Of a stretch of DNA of 64,000 nucleotides, positions 49,548 through 59,587 are shown one piece after another. The position numbers and the translations under genes were made by a program. The notes beneath the pieces are model-generated. The model was not told the origin of the DNA, did not search any database, and saw only the letters and a list, made by a program, of their open reading frames with translations. Numbering within the stretch: position 1 is the first letter of the stretch; each line of letters begins with the position of its first letter. Source of the DNA: Flavobacteriales bacterium. Its GTDB lineage: Bacteria > Bacteroidota > Bacteroidia > Flavobacteriales > UBA7312. The stretch covers positions 99-64,098 of the forward strand of contig JADHMO010000005.1 in the NCBI GenBank assembly GCA_016779995.1, written 5' to 3'.

Positions 49548-52535
49548 TTACTCAATAACAATCCTTGTCTTTAACGATTGTGTTGGACTAGATAAATCCA
49601 TAATATAAATTCCTTTATTGACATTAGCCAAGTCAATGCTATTAGTTATACTTATTAGCTGTTGCTGATGAACAATTTGTCCTAAGGCATTACTAATGGT
49701 AAGGTTCAACTGACTTTGAGGTTTATCACTCAACTCAAGAGTAAATTGTCCATTGTTAGGGTTTGGATAAACTTTGATATCCGACTTGCTAAACTGACTT
49801 ATGGAAACTTGACCAGTATCTAAAGATGATACAGTAATACACTCGGTTGTTTTTGTACAATTACCGATGGTAATTTGACAAGCGTAATCATTAAGAGCAG
49901 TAGCTGTATATTGTCTCGAAGTAGCTCCACTGATTGGAGATAAATCCGAACAATTAAGCCATTGATAAGTTGCCGCAGGGTCAGTTTCATTTGAACTTAA
50001 AAAGATATTTTGAGTTTGACCTAACATCAAGTCCACATACATTATAGAAAGGTTAGTTTCAACTATACTATCACAATTAAACATATCTTGAATAGTATCT
50101 ATATATGTACCAGTTTGAGTATATATATTTCCATTAGCCGATATAAAGGTGTCACATTCTAATACGTTAACTGAAGTTAAAGAGGTAGAGTTTACAGTTA
50201 GATTAATGGTGTAAATACTATCACACATAGTATTACTTATTGTATCTGTATAAACACCTGTTTGAGTATATACATTTCCTGAAATAGGTGAAGTATAGCT
50301 ATTGCATACTGTATCAGTCAATACTAAGTGTTGAGTACATTTTTTGACTTTAAAATTGTCAATGTAGAAATTAAAATCATTTCCGCTTTGTGTACTTTCA
50401 GCATAGAAAGCAAATTTTACCAGAGAAGAATAAGAAGATAAATCATAAACTTGGTGTGTTGATGTATTTGGTATGCCTGTAGTAGATGTCCAAACATCTA
50501 AACTATTTTGCTTACTCCAAGTTATGCCATTATCAGTAGAAATTAATACTCTTACTGTATCATCAACTCCAATCTCTGCAGGACCAACTCCACTATAAGC
50601 CGTTCCAATTATATCAAACTCTAATTGAAAATTCTGACCGTTATTACCTAAATCAATAGATGGTGAAATTAGCCATTCTTTAATATTAGACCCAAATAAA
50701 TTTACTTTAGCTGACATAGAATTTAACGCATTATTACCAAAAAAATCACTTGTCCAAATAGCATCATGAAATGATAAATTCGTGCTATCTGAAATTAAGC
50801 CTTTAGCTTCGACCCAACAATCTGGTGCTATTACATCAAAAGTCTGTAATTGTGTTGGTGCTATAAAATTTTCACATAATGTTGTAAAGGCAATAGGACC
50901 AGACCATAAACTGGTATCACCATCATCACAAAAACTACTCACATAAAATTCATAATCGGTATTTGGCGATAAATCTGTAACAATTAATGTATCGTTAATT
51001 ACATTTACAATATTAGCCGTGTCTTGAGTAAAACCGACCACACCATATTCGACAAAATAAAGTGAATCTGCTCCGGTCCAACTAATAGTCCCACTAGTTT
51101 GTTCAATATTGGAAACAGAAAGAAGTGTTGGTTGTGGACATGGTGGTTTAGAACTAATTAAAAAATTATCAATAAAGAAATCTAAATCACTCGCAGTCGT
51201 ACTAGAAAAAACATAAAATGCCAATTTAACTAAACCGGTATAGTCACTCAAATCAATTACAATCTCTTCACCACTATTGGATAAAGAAACCCCTTCATGC
51301 CACTGGTAAAGTATATCGTTCTGACTCCAAGTTATTCCATTATCAGTTGAAATCACTACAAAAACTGAATCATCTGCATCAAAAGTTCCTGAATTAGAAA
51401 TGTTATATTGTGTAAGAGCTGCATCAAACGATAATTGAAAGTCTGTTGAAGAATTACCTAAATCAATTGTTGGCGAAATAAGCCATTCTTTAGTATTTGA
51501 GTATAAATTTGTTTTTATCGCTCCTGTACCTAAATAACCACCTGAATTTGCAAAGCCTGTTTCAACCCATAAATTCGAAACACTTTCAAATGCAGTAGAA
51601 TCAGAAATCTGTCCTTTATTCATTTCCCAACATAAAAGTGGGAAGTCTGTAAATTCTTGTAAATAATCTGGCATATAAATTCCACAAGCCGTTGTAAATG
51701 AAAGTGGACCTGTCCAAGCACTCGTATCACCAACACCACAAATCTCTCTTACATAAATACGATAATTTGTTGCTGACAATAAAGTATCAACTGATACAGA
51801 ATCTAGTTGTGTTGAGAAGACGTTTCCTTGTCCTAAAGGCAATCCATCTTCACCTAAATCAACTTCAAAATCGAAATTATTACCATTCCAACTGAAAGCT
51901 ACAAAATTAGAGTTTATACTATCAACAACTAAATTACTTGGTTGTGGACACGATTGAGAAATACCAAAAAAGGTTATATCAGAAAAGGCATTGATATTAT
52001 TACCGTCAGTAATTGTATATGGATCAATTGGACCTAAATCTGTTGCAAATCCACGAGACCTACTATTTGGCGTATTTGTACAATAAAATCTATCCAACGA
52101 ACCATTATATCCAAGAGTTTTTTCCAGTACAGCTATTACAAGGTTTTGATTGCCATCATAAAAGAAGGCATTGTCGAAGGGAATATAAACTGTGTCATTA
52201 GTAATGCTAATTTGACCATCAAAAACGGTATCTAATAAAGCAGCATTAATCCATTCAAATCCAAATTCTGATAATGGAGTATAGCCTACAAGAACTAACC
52301 AATCGTTTGAACTAAAAAGATTAGTTCCGGATAATGTTCTAAAACAAATAGAGTCAATACTTCCAGAAGTGTTAATTTCATCAGCCAAATAAATGGTTTG
52401 AGAGTATGAATAAGTGTAATAAGCATCTATTGGAAGAGGCGAGTTTGTATTATCAGCAACTCCCAAACTGACTTGTGAGAATACTTGCGATATGTTAGCT
52501 AACATACCAACTAAAAAGAATAACGTTTTTTTCAT
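49548..52535 (-). CDS. Large T9SS-secreted surface protein (duplicated FN3-like plus choice-of-anchor-J-like modules)
   Basis: 995 aa. Signal peptide, then two ~265-aa modules each starting CPQP and containing KEWLISP(T/S)IDLGN and STDNGITWS. Two Cys-containing repeats follow (C.SY/F...G..YTQTG.Y.DTI....CDSI...NL). C-terminal T9SS sorting domain (VYPNPNNGQFTLEL...GIYIMDL..). Confidence 0.9.
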   Translation of the reverse strand: MKKTLFFLVGMLANISQVFSQVSLGVADNTNSPLPIDAYYTYSYSQTIYLADEINTSGSIDSICFRTLSGTNLFSSNDWLVLVGYTPLSEFGFEWINAALLDTVFDGQISITNDTVYIPFDNAFFYDGNQNLVIAVLEKTLGYNGSLDRFYCTNTPNSRSRGFATDLGPIDPYTITDGNNINAFSDITFFGISQSCPQPSNLVVDSINSNFVAFSWNGNNFDFEVDLGEDGLPLGQGNVFSTQLDSVSVDTLLSATNYRIYVREICGVGDTSAWTGPLSFTTACGIYMPDYLQEFTDFPLLCWEMNKGQISDSTAFESVSNLWVETGFANSGGYLGTGAIKTNLYSNTKEWLISPTIDLGNSSTDFQLSFDAALTQYNISNSGTFDADDSVFVVISTDNGITWSQNDILYQWHEGVSLSNSGEEIVIDLSDYTGLVKLAFYVFSSTTASDLDFFIDNFLISSKPPCPQPTLLSVSNIEQTSGTISWTGADSLYFVEYGVVGFTQDTANIVNVINDTLIVTDLSPNTDYEFYVSSFCDDGDTSLWSGPIAFTTLCENFIAPTQLQTFDVIAPDCWVEAKGLISDSTNLSFHDAIWTSDFFGNNALNSMSAKVNLFGSNIKEWLISPSIDLGNNGQNFQLEFDIIGTAYSGVGPAEIGVDDTVRVLISTDNGITWSKQNSLDVWTSTTGIPNTSTHQVYDLSSYSSLVKFAFYAESTQSGNDFNFYIDNFKVKKCTQHLVLTDTVCNSYTSPISGNVYTQTGVYTDTISNTMCDSIYTINLTVNSTSLTSVNVLECDTFISANGNIYTQTGTYIDTIQDMFNCDSIVETNLSIMYVDLMLGQTQNIFLSSNETDPAATYQWLNCSDLSPISGATSRQYTATALNDYACQITIGNCTKTTECITVSSLDTGQVSISQFSKSDIKVYPNPNNGQFTLELSDKPQSQLNLTISNALGQIVHQQQLISITNSIDLANVNKGIYIMDLSSPTQSLKTRIVIE

Positions 52536-52589
52536 AGCTATAAAGATTTTTTAATTTGAATCAAAGATTAACAATTTTTTTTGAATCTA

Positions 52590-52600
52590 CCCCCCCCCCC
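52590..52600. repeat. C11 (G11 on minus strand) homopolymeric tract
   Basis: Eleven consecutive C, 55-65 nt upstream of the minus-strand ATG at 52535. Confidence 0.95.
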
Positions 52601-52625
52601 GTATTTCGATGAAATACGGGTTTTT
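52598..52625 (+). terminator. Terminator-like hairpin (plus-strand polarity) with no upstream plus-strand gene
   Basis: Perfect 10-bp inverted repeat cccgtatttc/gaaatacggg with loop gat, followed by TTTTT on the plus strand. Confidence 0.4.
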
Positions 52626-52706
52626 AACGACAAAACAGAATAATTAACGATAAACGGATTTTAAAGGTTTTTTTTTATTCTACTTTAAGTTTACTAAAAC
52701 TAAAAA

Positions 52707-52735
52707 AGCCCTTCATTTTGAAGGGCTTTTTTTTT
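52707..52735. terminator. Bidirectional intrinsic terminator downstream of the aconitase gene
   Basis: Stem agcccttc/gaagggct with loop atttt, A6 upstream and T9 downstream. Confidence 0.8.
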
Positions 52736-52751
52736 GTATTTGTAAAATTGT

Positions 52752-55019
52752 TTAAGCATTTTGCTCACGAATTAAATTCAAGGCCGAACCGGCTTTAAAC
52801 CAGTCAATTTGCTGAGCATTATAAGTGTGGTTCAAAACAACATTATCAGTAGAACCATCGGCATGAACAACTTCTAAAGTTAGGGTTTTGTTGGGTGCAA
52901 ATTCGGATAAATCTACAAAGTTAAAAGTGTCATCTTCTCTAATCAAATCGTAATCGCTTTCATTAGCGAAAGTTAAGCCTAACATCCCTTGCTTTTTCAA
53001 ATTGGTCTCGTGAATTCTAGCAAAAGATTTTACAATGACTGCTCTAACCCCCAAATGACGAGGCTCCATAGCGGCATGCTCTCGTGAGGAACCTTCACCA
53101 TAATTGTGGTCACCTACTACAATAGTATCTACACCTGCAGCCTTATAAGCTCGTGCTACATTAGGCACTTCGTCCTTACTACCATCTAATTGATTGACTA
53201 CACTATTAGTAGCACCTCCAAAAGCATTAACTGCTCCAATTAAGCAATTGTTAGAAATGTTATCTAAATGTCCTCTAAACCTTAACCAAGGTCCTGCCAT
53301 AGAAATATGATCGGTAGTGCATTTGCCTTCTGCCTTGATTAATAGTTTAGCATGGGTAATGTTGCCACCGTCCCAAGCTTTGAAAGGAGTTAATATTTGT
53401 AATCGGTTAGAGTCTTCTTTGACCACAACTTCTACTCCACTCCCATCTTGGGCTGGTGCTTGATAGCCATTGTCCTCTACATCAAAGCCCTGAGTTGGTA
53501 ATTCAAGACCTGTTGGCTCTGCCAATTGTACAGACTCGCCATTTTTATTGACTAAACTATCAGTGATAGGGTTAAAATCTAATCTTCCCGAAATAGCTAT
53601 TGCCGCTACCATTTCTGGCGATGCCACAAAAGCGTGGGTATTAGGATTTCCATCGGCACGTTTAGCAAAGTTTCTGTTAAACGAATGAACGATGGAATTT
53701 TTTTCTTGCTTTTCTGCACCTTCTCTGTCCCACTGACCAATACAAGGCCCACAAGCGTTAGTGAAAATACGAGTAGATTCGAATTTATTAAAAGTGTCTA
53801 AAAGTCCATCTCGTTCTGCTGTGTAGCGTACTTGCTCTGAACCCGGATTAATTCCTAAGGTAGCTTTAGGCTCAAGTCCTTTGGCTACTGCATCTTCGAC
53901 AATAGAGGCCGCACGTGTCAAATCTTCATAAGATGAATTGGTACAAGAACCTATGAGCGCCCATTCTATATCTAATGGCCAATCGTTAGCCACTGCTTTT
54001 TCTTTCATCTCGGCTACTGGCGTAGCTAAATCTGGCGTAAATGGGCCATTCAAATGAGGTGTTAAGTCCGAAAGATTAATTTCAATAACTTGATCGAAAT
54101 ATTGCTCAGGATTAGCATAAACTTCAGCATCTCCAGTGAGGTGTTCTTTAATAGTATTGGCGGCATCTGCCACATCGTTTCTATCGGTAGCTCTAAGGTA
54201 TCTTTCCATACTATCGTCGTATCCGAAAGTAGAAGTAGTAGCCCCTATCTCTGCTCCCATATTGCAAATAGTCCCTTTTCCTGTACACGATAAGGATTGT
54301 GCCCCCTCGCCAAAGTATTCTACTATACAACCTGTACCACCTTTAACAGTTAGGATACCTGCTACTTTCAAAATAACGTCTTTGGCAGAAGCCCAACCGT
54401 TTAATCTACCAGTTAGTTTTACCCCTATCAATTTAGGGAATTTTAACTCCCAAGGCATACCTGCCATCACATCCACTGCATCGGCGCCCCCAACACCAAT
54501 AGCAACCATACCCAAACCACCAGCATTAACGGTGTGTGAGTCGGTTCCTATCATCATACCACCAGGGAAAGCATAATTTTCTAATACCACTTGGTGAATA
54601 ATTCCAGCACCAGGCTTCCAGAATCCAATGCCGTATTTGTTACATACCGAACTCAAGAAGTTAAACACTTCATTGTTGGTATTTAAACTTTCTTGTAAAT
54701 CTTTGTCTGCACCTATTTTAGCTTGAATAAGGTGGTCGGCATGGGCTGTTGAAGGCACAGCAACTTTGTCCTTACCCGCTTGCATAAATTGTAATAATGC
54801 CATCTGAGCAGTAGCATCTTGCATAGCCACTCTATCAGGTCCAAAATCAACATAATCAGCACCTCGTTCAAAGGCTTGCTCTGCCTGACCGTTCCATAGG
54901 TGTGTGTACAATATCTTTTCAGCTAAGGTCAAAGGTTTACCAACTACTGTTCTTGCTTGTGCTATGCGTTCTGGAAATTTCGCATAAACTGCTTTTATCA
55001 TATCAATGTCAAATGCCAT
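52752..55019 (-). CDS. Aconitate hydratase (755-aa, mitochondrial-type aconitase)
   Basis: Fe-S cluster and substrate motifs [24 protein letters not shown] and [10 protein letters not shown]. The 755-aa length fits the short (mitochondrial-like) aconitase rather than AcnA or AcnB. Confidence 0.95.
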   Translation of the reverse strand: MAFDIDMIKAVYAKFPERIAQARTVVGKPLTLAEKILYTHLWNGQAEQAFERGADYVDFGPDRVAMQDATAQMALLQFMQAGKDKVAVPSTAHADHLIQAKIGADKDLQESLNTNNEVFNFLSSVCNKYGIGFWKPGAGIIHQVVLENYAFPGGMMIGTDSHTVNAGGLGMVAIGVGGADAVDVMAGMPWELKFPKLIGVKLTGRLNGWASAKDVILKVAGILTVKGGTGCIVEYFGEGAQSLSCTGKGTICNMGAEIGATTSTFGYDDSMERYLRATDRNDVADAANTIKEHLTGDAEVYANPEQYFDQVIEINLSDLTPHLNGPFTPDLATPVAEMKEKAVANDWPLDIEWALIGSCTNSSYEDLTRAASIVEDAVAKGLEPKATLGINPGSEQVRYTAERDGLLDTFNKFESTRIFTNACGPCIGQWDREGAEKQEKNSIVHSFNRNFAKRADGNPNTHAFVASPEMVAAIAISGRLDFNPITDSLVNKNGESVQLAEPTGLELPTQGFDVEDNGYQAPAQDGSGVEVVVKEDSNRLQILTPFKAWDGGNITHAKLLIKAEGKCTTDHISMAGPWLRFRGHLDNISNNCLIGAVNAFGGATNSVVNQLDGSKDEVPNVARAYKAAGVDTIVVGDHNYGEGSSREHAAMEPRHLGVRAVIVKSFARIHETNLKKQGMLGLTFANESDYDLIREDDTFNFVDLSEFAPNKTLTLEVVHADGSTDNVVLNHTYNAQQIDWFKAGSALNLIREQNA

Positions 55020-55064
55020 ATATCTTTAATTTTTAGTTTAATATTCCTTATTTTTTAGCTTTTG

Positions 55065-55072
55065 CAAAAGTA
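55065..55072 (-). promoter_or_regulatory. Bacteroidota -7 promoter box (TACTTTTG on minus strand) for the aconitase gene
   Basis: The reverse complement of caaaagta matches TAnnTTTG, 46 nt upstream of the ATG at 55019. Confidence 0.4.
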
Positions 55073-55119
55073 CTTTTTTTAATTCATCTTAACAAGACAA
55101 AATCGTACATTAGCACTCT

Positions 55120-56349
55120 ATGAAGTTAATGGTAGAAAATATAAAAATTGCTCTGCAATCCATTAGAACAAACCTACTTCGAACCGTACTAACTATTTTT
55201 ATTATAGCTATAGGTATTGCTGCTTTGGTAGGCATACAGACAGCTATCGAATCCATTAAATCTTCCATTAGCGATAACTTTACTAGCATGGGTGCTAATA
55301 CCTTTAACATTAGAAACAAAAGCTCGTCCATCAGAATAGGTAAAAAAGGCACTAAACCAAAACGCTACGCTTCCATTAGCTATGCCGAAGCCATAAGGTT
55401 TAAAAATGAATTTCCCATTACTACTTCTATATCGTCGTGGGCGAGTTCTACAGCTACTATCACTTATCAATCTAAAAAGAGTGACCCTAACATCAACATT
55501 ACGGGCACAGACGAGAATTATATCTTGACAGCAGGGTATAAATTAGCTGAAGGGAGAAACTTCACTTTAGATGAAATCCAACAAGGGAAGCATATGGTTA
55601 TTATTGGCGAAGAAGTCAAAAAAAGCGTCTTCGGCTCATCTAAGGCTTTAGGTAAAATTATTTCTATAGGTGGTAACAAGTTTAAAGTCATTGGTGTTCT
55701 TGAAGCAAAAGGAGCTAGTATGAGTTTTGGTGGAGACAAAACTTGTCTTATTCCTCTGACTAATGCTAGGCAATATTTTGGTTACCCTGGTCAATCATTC
55801 ACCATCAGCGTATTATCCATAAATGCTGAAAAACTCAATGCGACTATAGGTCAAGCCATCGCCAAGATGCGTGTTGTAAGAAAGTTAAAGCCTGTTGAGG
55901 CAGATAATTTTGATATTATCCGTAGCGATAATCTAACACAAATTATGTTCGAAAATATAAAATATGTAACCATAGCCGCTCTTGTGATTGGCATCATTAC
56001 TTTGTTTGGCTCTGCCATAGGCTTAATGAATATCATGTTGGTATCCGTAACGGAACGCACCAAAGAAATTGGAACACGCAAAGCCTTAGGCGCAACCTCA
56101 AAAATTATTCGATGGCAATTCTTGGTTGAAGCTATTGTTATTTGTCAAATCGGTGGGCTAATGGGTATTGTTTTGGGTATCCTTATAGGTAACCTTACTT
56201 CTCTAATTGTCGGCAGTAGCTTTATCATACCTTGGGTATGGATTATGTCAGGTGTGGCATTATGTATTGTAGTAGGCTTAATTTCTGGATTCTTCCCCGC
56301 TGCCAAAGCAGCAAAACTAGACCCCATAGAGGCTTTGAGGTATGAATAA
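55120..56349 (+). CDS. ABC transporter permease (MacB/FtsX family)
   Basis: 409 aa. N-terminal TM helix, a MacB-like periplasmic domain, and a C-terminal FtsX domain with [15 protein letters not shown]. Confidence 0.9.
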   Translation: MKLMVENIKIALQSIRTNLLRTVLTIFIIAIGIAALVGIQTAIESIKSSISDNFTSMGANTFNIRNKSSSIRIGKKGTKPKRYASISYAEAIRFKNEFPITTSISSWASSTATITYQSKKSDPNINITGTDENYILTAGYKLAEGRNFTLDEIQQGKHMVIIGEEVKKSVFGSSKALGKIISIGGNKFKVIGVLEAKGASMSFGGDKTCLIPLTNARQYFGYPGQSFTISVLSINAEKLNATIGQAIAKMRVVRKLKPVEADNFDIIRSDNLTQIMFENIKYVTIAALVIGIITLFGSAIGLMNIMLVSVTERTKEIGTRKALGATSKIIRWQFLVEAIVICQIGGLMGIVLGILIGNLTSLIVGSSFIIPWVWIMSGVALCIVVGLISGFFPAAKAAKLDPIEALRYE

Positions 56350-56355
56350 AAAAAA

Positions 56356-56379
56356 AGCTCTCGAAATTTTCGAGAGCTT
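56356..56379. terminator. Bidirectional intrinsic terminator
   Basis: Perfect palindrome agctctcgaaaa/ttttcgagagct, with A9 upstream and TTT downstream. It sits between the ABC permease and rplI. Confidence 0.8.
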
Positions 56380-56403
56380 TTCATTAAATTCAATTTGTGT
56401 TAT

Positions 56404-56847
56404 TTATTGAGCAACAACTTCAACAGTTACAGCAGCCTTAACTTCTCTGTGCAAACGCACTTCAGCAGCATACGTACCGACTGTTTTGATATTGTTTAGC
56501 TTAACAAATTTACGATCCACGTTATGACCTAACTTTTCTAGCTCATCTGCTAAATGGTTAGAAGTCACCGAACCGAACAATTGCTTACCACCTTCAATAG
56601 TCTTAGCAGTAATAGTTACTGTCAAGCCATTGATACCTTCAGCTAATTTGTTAGCGTCTTCAATAATTTTATTCTCTTTCTTAGCTCTTTGACGTAAGTT
56701 TTCAGCTAAAACTTTTCGAGCTGAGTCAGTCGCTAAAATAGCATGACCACCAGGGATTAAGTAGTTACGACCATATCCGTTTTTCACGTTTACAATCTCA
56801 TCTTTAAAGCCTAATTTCTCTACGTCTTGTAATAATATCAATTCCAT
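56404..56847 (-). CDS. rplI: 50S ribosomal protein L9
   Basis: 147 aa. N-terminus MELILLQDVEKLGFKDEIVNVKNGYGRNYLIP. Confidence 0.96.
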   Translation of the reverse strand: MELILLQDVEKLGFKDEIVNVKNGYGRNYLIPGGHAILATDSARKVLAENLRQRAKKENKIIEDANKLAEGINGLTVTITAKTIEGGKQLFGSVTSNHLADELEKLGHNVDRKFVKLNNIKTVGTYAAEVRLHREVKAAVTVEVVAQ

Positions 56848-56856
56848 AGTTGTAAA

Positions 56857-57120
56857 TTATTTTAGCATATCGCCAACGTATGGCATCAATGCCAAGTGAC
56901 GGCATCTTTTGATTGCTTGTGAAACTTTTCTTTGGTACTTCAATGACGTTCCTGTGATTCTTCTAGGAAGGATTTTACCTTGCTCGTTGACGAATCGCAT
57001 AAGGAAGTCAGGGTCTTTGTAGTCAATGTATTTAATACCAGCCTTTTTGAATCGGCAGTATTTTTTACTATTTCTGTTGTTTACATCAACGGGGGATAGG
57101 TATCTAATATCGTCTGCCAT
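56857..57120 (-). CDS. rpsR: 30S ribosomal protein S18
   Basis: 87 aa. [45 protein letters not shown]. Confidence 0.96.
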   Translation of the reverse strand: MADDIRYLSPVDVNNRNSKKYCRFKKAGIKYIDYKDPDFLMRFVNEQGKILPRRITGTSLKYQRKVSQAIKRCRHLALMPYVGDMLK

Positions 57121-57122
57121 GA

Positions 57123-57476
57123 TTATGCCTCCTGTTTTTTGTTAGTACTCAGTCTTTTTCTTCTGCTTTCAGCATATACTACAGCATGCTTATCTAGCTT
57201 TACTGTTAGCCAACGCATCAAACGTTCATCACGTTTGTAAGCTAATTCAAGTTTATTATTTATCTCCTTGTCATCAGAAGTGAATTCAATAAGATAGTAA
57301 AAACCTGTTCTTTTCTTCTGGATACTGTAGGCCATCTTTTTTAGCCCCCAATGTTCCTCGGCAACAATTTTTGCCTTACTTTCTTTCAAAAGTTTCGTAA
57401 ACTTTTGAACCGTCTCCTTCATCTGATCTTCAGACAAAACGGGATTCAAAATGAAAACGGTCTCGTAATGGTTCAT
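57123..57476 (-). CDS. rpsF: 30S ribosomal protein S6
   Basis: 117 aa. [12 protein letters not shown]...[12 protein letters not shown]. First gene of the rpsF-rpsR-rplI operon. Confidence 0.96.
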   Translation of the reverse strand: MNHYETVFILNPVLSEDQMKETVQKFTKLLKESKAKIVAEEHWGLKKMAYSIQKKRTGFYYLIEFTSDDKEINNKLELAYKRDERLMRWLTVKLDKHAVVYAESRRKRLSTNKKQEA

Positions 57477-57525
57477 AATGTTAATGTTTTTAATTTAATT
57501 CCTCTCTTACTTTAAAAAAGGGTTG

Positions 57526-57533
57526 CAAATTTA
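57526..57533 (-). promoter_or_regulatory. Bacteroidota -7 promoter box (TAAATTTG on minus strand) for rpsF-rpsR-rplI
   Basis: Exact TAnnTTTG 50 nt upstream of the rpsF ATG. A TTG lies 21 nt further upstream on the same strand and is a possible -33 element. Confidence 0.5.
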
Positions 57534-57643
57534 GAATAATTTTCCACATAAACAAAGTATTGTTTTCAATAGCAAAACAAGACCCAGAAAGCGTTTAAAA
57601 ATAACGTATATTAGCAAAGTAATACTAATTAAAATAAACCCTC

Positions 57644-58657
57644 ATGAAAAGAACTTTTACTCTATTTGCCTTGATTAGTTTATTCTTGGCAAGTTGCATA
57701 AAGCAAGACCAAACCTACGTTACTCTCAAAGGTCATATTCTTAATGCACCATCAGACACCATCTACATTTATGACAATTTTGACGCCTATCAAAAAGTTA
57801 TTATTCTCGATGAACATAATAACTTTAACGATACCCTAAACATTAGAACTGCGGAATATTATTTTGAAATTGGAGAAGAATCTACCAACCTATTCCTTAG
57901 CGAAGGCGACGAGATGGAAATTACCTTAGATTACCTCTCTTTCGACGAAACTATCAATGCTAGTGGAAAAGGTCAAAAAATTAACAATTACCTTTTTAAA
58001 AGAGTATTATTAAGAGAAAAAAATATTTACGAAGACCCTACTTTCTTTGATAAGGATTCGGCTCAATTCTATCACAATCTTAATACCTTTTTTGATAAAG
58101 AAATACACACCTTAGAACGTTTGCATTTAGACTCTCACATATTTGCCGAAGAAAAAGAAGGTATAGCTATGACTAAGAAAAATATTGGTTATTTCTACCG
58201 CAGCAAACAAGAACTCAAGCAACTTGCTATGTTAGAAAATGCTCCCGAATTTACGCTCAAAGATACAGATGGCAACAGTGTATCTTTATCTGATTTTAAA
58301 AGCAAACTTGTATTGATAGATGTTTGGGCAACTTGGTGCAAACCTTGCATACAAGAAATTCCTGACCTCAAAGCTTTACTACAAGACTATGAAGAAAGTA
58401 ATCTTAGCTTTGTAGGCATAAGCATAGACCAACAAGAAGATATTGAATTATGGAAAGAAAAGGTAGGAGAAGAACAACTACCAGGAACACAGCTCATTAT
58501 GGATAACGGCTGGCAATCCAAATTTAAATCTGACTATGTGGTTTCAAGCGTGCCTCGCTTTATTCTTATTGATGAAGAAGGTAAATTTATAGATGTAGAT
58601 GCTCCTAGACCTTCAGAAGGCAATAAGCTTAGGATATTAATTGACGAACATTTGTAA
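57644..58657 (+). CDS. TlpA-family thiol-disulfide oxidoreductase lipoprotein
   Basis: 337 aa. Lipobox LFLASC, and a C-terminal thioredoxin domain with VWATWCKPC and SVPRFILID. Confidence 0.88.
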   Translation: MKRTFTLFALISLFLASCIKQDQTYVTLKGHILNAPSDTIYIYDNFDAYQKVIILDEHNNFNDTLNIRTAEYYFEIGEESTNLFLSEGDEMEITLDYLSFDETINASGKGQKINNYLFKRVLLREKNIYEDPTFFDKDSAQFYHNLNTFFDKEIHTLERLHLDSHIFAEEKEGIAMTKKNIGYFYRSKQELKQLAMLENAPEFTLKDTDGNSVSLSDFKSKLVLIDVWATWCKPCIQEIPDLKALLQDYEESNLSFVGISIDQQEDIELWKEKVGEEQLPGTQLIMDNGWQSKFKSDYVVSSVPRFILIDEEGKFIDVDAPRPSEGNKLRILIDEHL

Positions 58658-58662
58658 AAAAA

Positions 58663-58691
58663 GGGAGAGCAATTTGCTCTCCCTTTTTTTT
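58663..58691. terminator. Bidirectional intrinsic terminator
   Basis: Stem gggagagca/tgctctccc with loop att, A7 upstream and T8 downstream. It sits between the TlpA-like gene and mscS. Confidence 0.8.
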
Positions 58692-59499
58692 ATCGGTTGA
58701 TATGAACCACATGAGGAAATGGAATTTCTACACCTGCTTTGTCCAGTGCCAACTTTGCATTTTCATAAGTATCGAAATAAACATCCCAATAATCGGCTGG
58801 TTTACAATAAGGTCTAACCACAAGCGTAATGGAACTCGAAGATAAGTCCGATACGCCAACATAAGGTTTGGGACTTTTAAGTACCTTTTTGTGATCTGTC
58901 AATACAGCCATCAATGCCGATTTAGCCTTTTTTAAGTCTGAACTATATGCCACTCCAACTTTTATATCTACTCTAATCTTTCCTTCGATCGTGTAGTTAA
59001 CAATGTTACCGTTAGCTATAGCACCATTGGGGATAATGACTCTTTTATTGTCAGGCGACACCAATTGAGTGTTAAAAATATCAATTCCTCTAACCTCACC
59101 TATCAAACCCTGAGCCTCAATAAGATCGCCTATTCTGTAAGGTTTAAAGACCATTAATAGGACACCTCCAGCGAAATTAGCTAAAGAACCTTGCAAAGCT
59201 AAACCAACCGCCAAACCAGCCGCTGCTATGATAGCCGCAAAGGTAGTTATGTCTATTCCTAAGGTGGAAATAACTAAGAGTATCAACATAATTTTCAGTG
59301 ACCAAGACAAAAGGTTATTAAAAAACCCTTGAAGAATTAAATCGTATTTGGTTTTTTTCATAATTTTATTGAAGCCCAAAAGCAACTTTTTAATTATCCA
59401 AGAGCCAATAAAATAAATAAGTAAGGCACCCAAGACTTTGGGACCATAATGCGTGATGAAATCAATTGCTTTTTCTAGCAACAAATCTGCTTTTTCCAT
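58690..59499 (-). CDS. Small-conductance mechanosensitive channel (MscS family)
   Basis: 269 aa. Three TM helices, with the pore-helix motif GSLANFAGGVLLMVFKPYRIGDLIE followed by a beta domain. Confidence 0.9.
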   Translation of the reverse strand: MEKADLLLEKAIDFITHYGPKVLGALLIYFIGSWIIKKLLLGFNKIMKKTKYDLILQGFFNNLLSWSLKIMLILLVISTLGIDITTFAAIIAAAGLAVGLALQGSLANFAGGVLLMVFKPYRIGDLIEAQGLIGEVRGIDIFNTQLVSPDNKRVIIPNGAIANGNIVNYTIEGKIRVDIKVGVAYSSDLKKAKSALMAVLTDHKKVLKSPKPYVGVSDLSSSSITLVVRPYCKPADYWDVYFDTYENAKLALDKAGVEIPFPHVVHINR

Positions 59500-59587
59500 G
59501 TTTTAAGTTTTTAAAGTTTAAGTGGTAAAAGTAATTAAAAAAGAAGTTCTTAAAAAGAAATGTAAACAGTTATACAAAAACAGCAAT

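Noticed and set aside
54090-54576. Plus-strand ORFs inside the aconitase gene.
   Set aside because: They are antisense to a gene with unambiguous aconitase motifs. They have no start context or promoter box.
58690-59499. MscS channel as a membrane effector partner of the SIR2-like gene (co-oriented, 88 nt downstream).
   Set aside because: The protein looks like an ordinary small MscS with host-like composition. A near-consensus box (TACTTTTA) lies just upstream of its start. There is no positive evidence for a functional link, so the SIR2-like gene is treated as an orphan.
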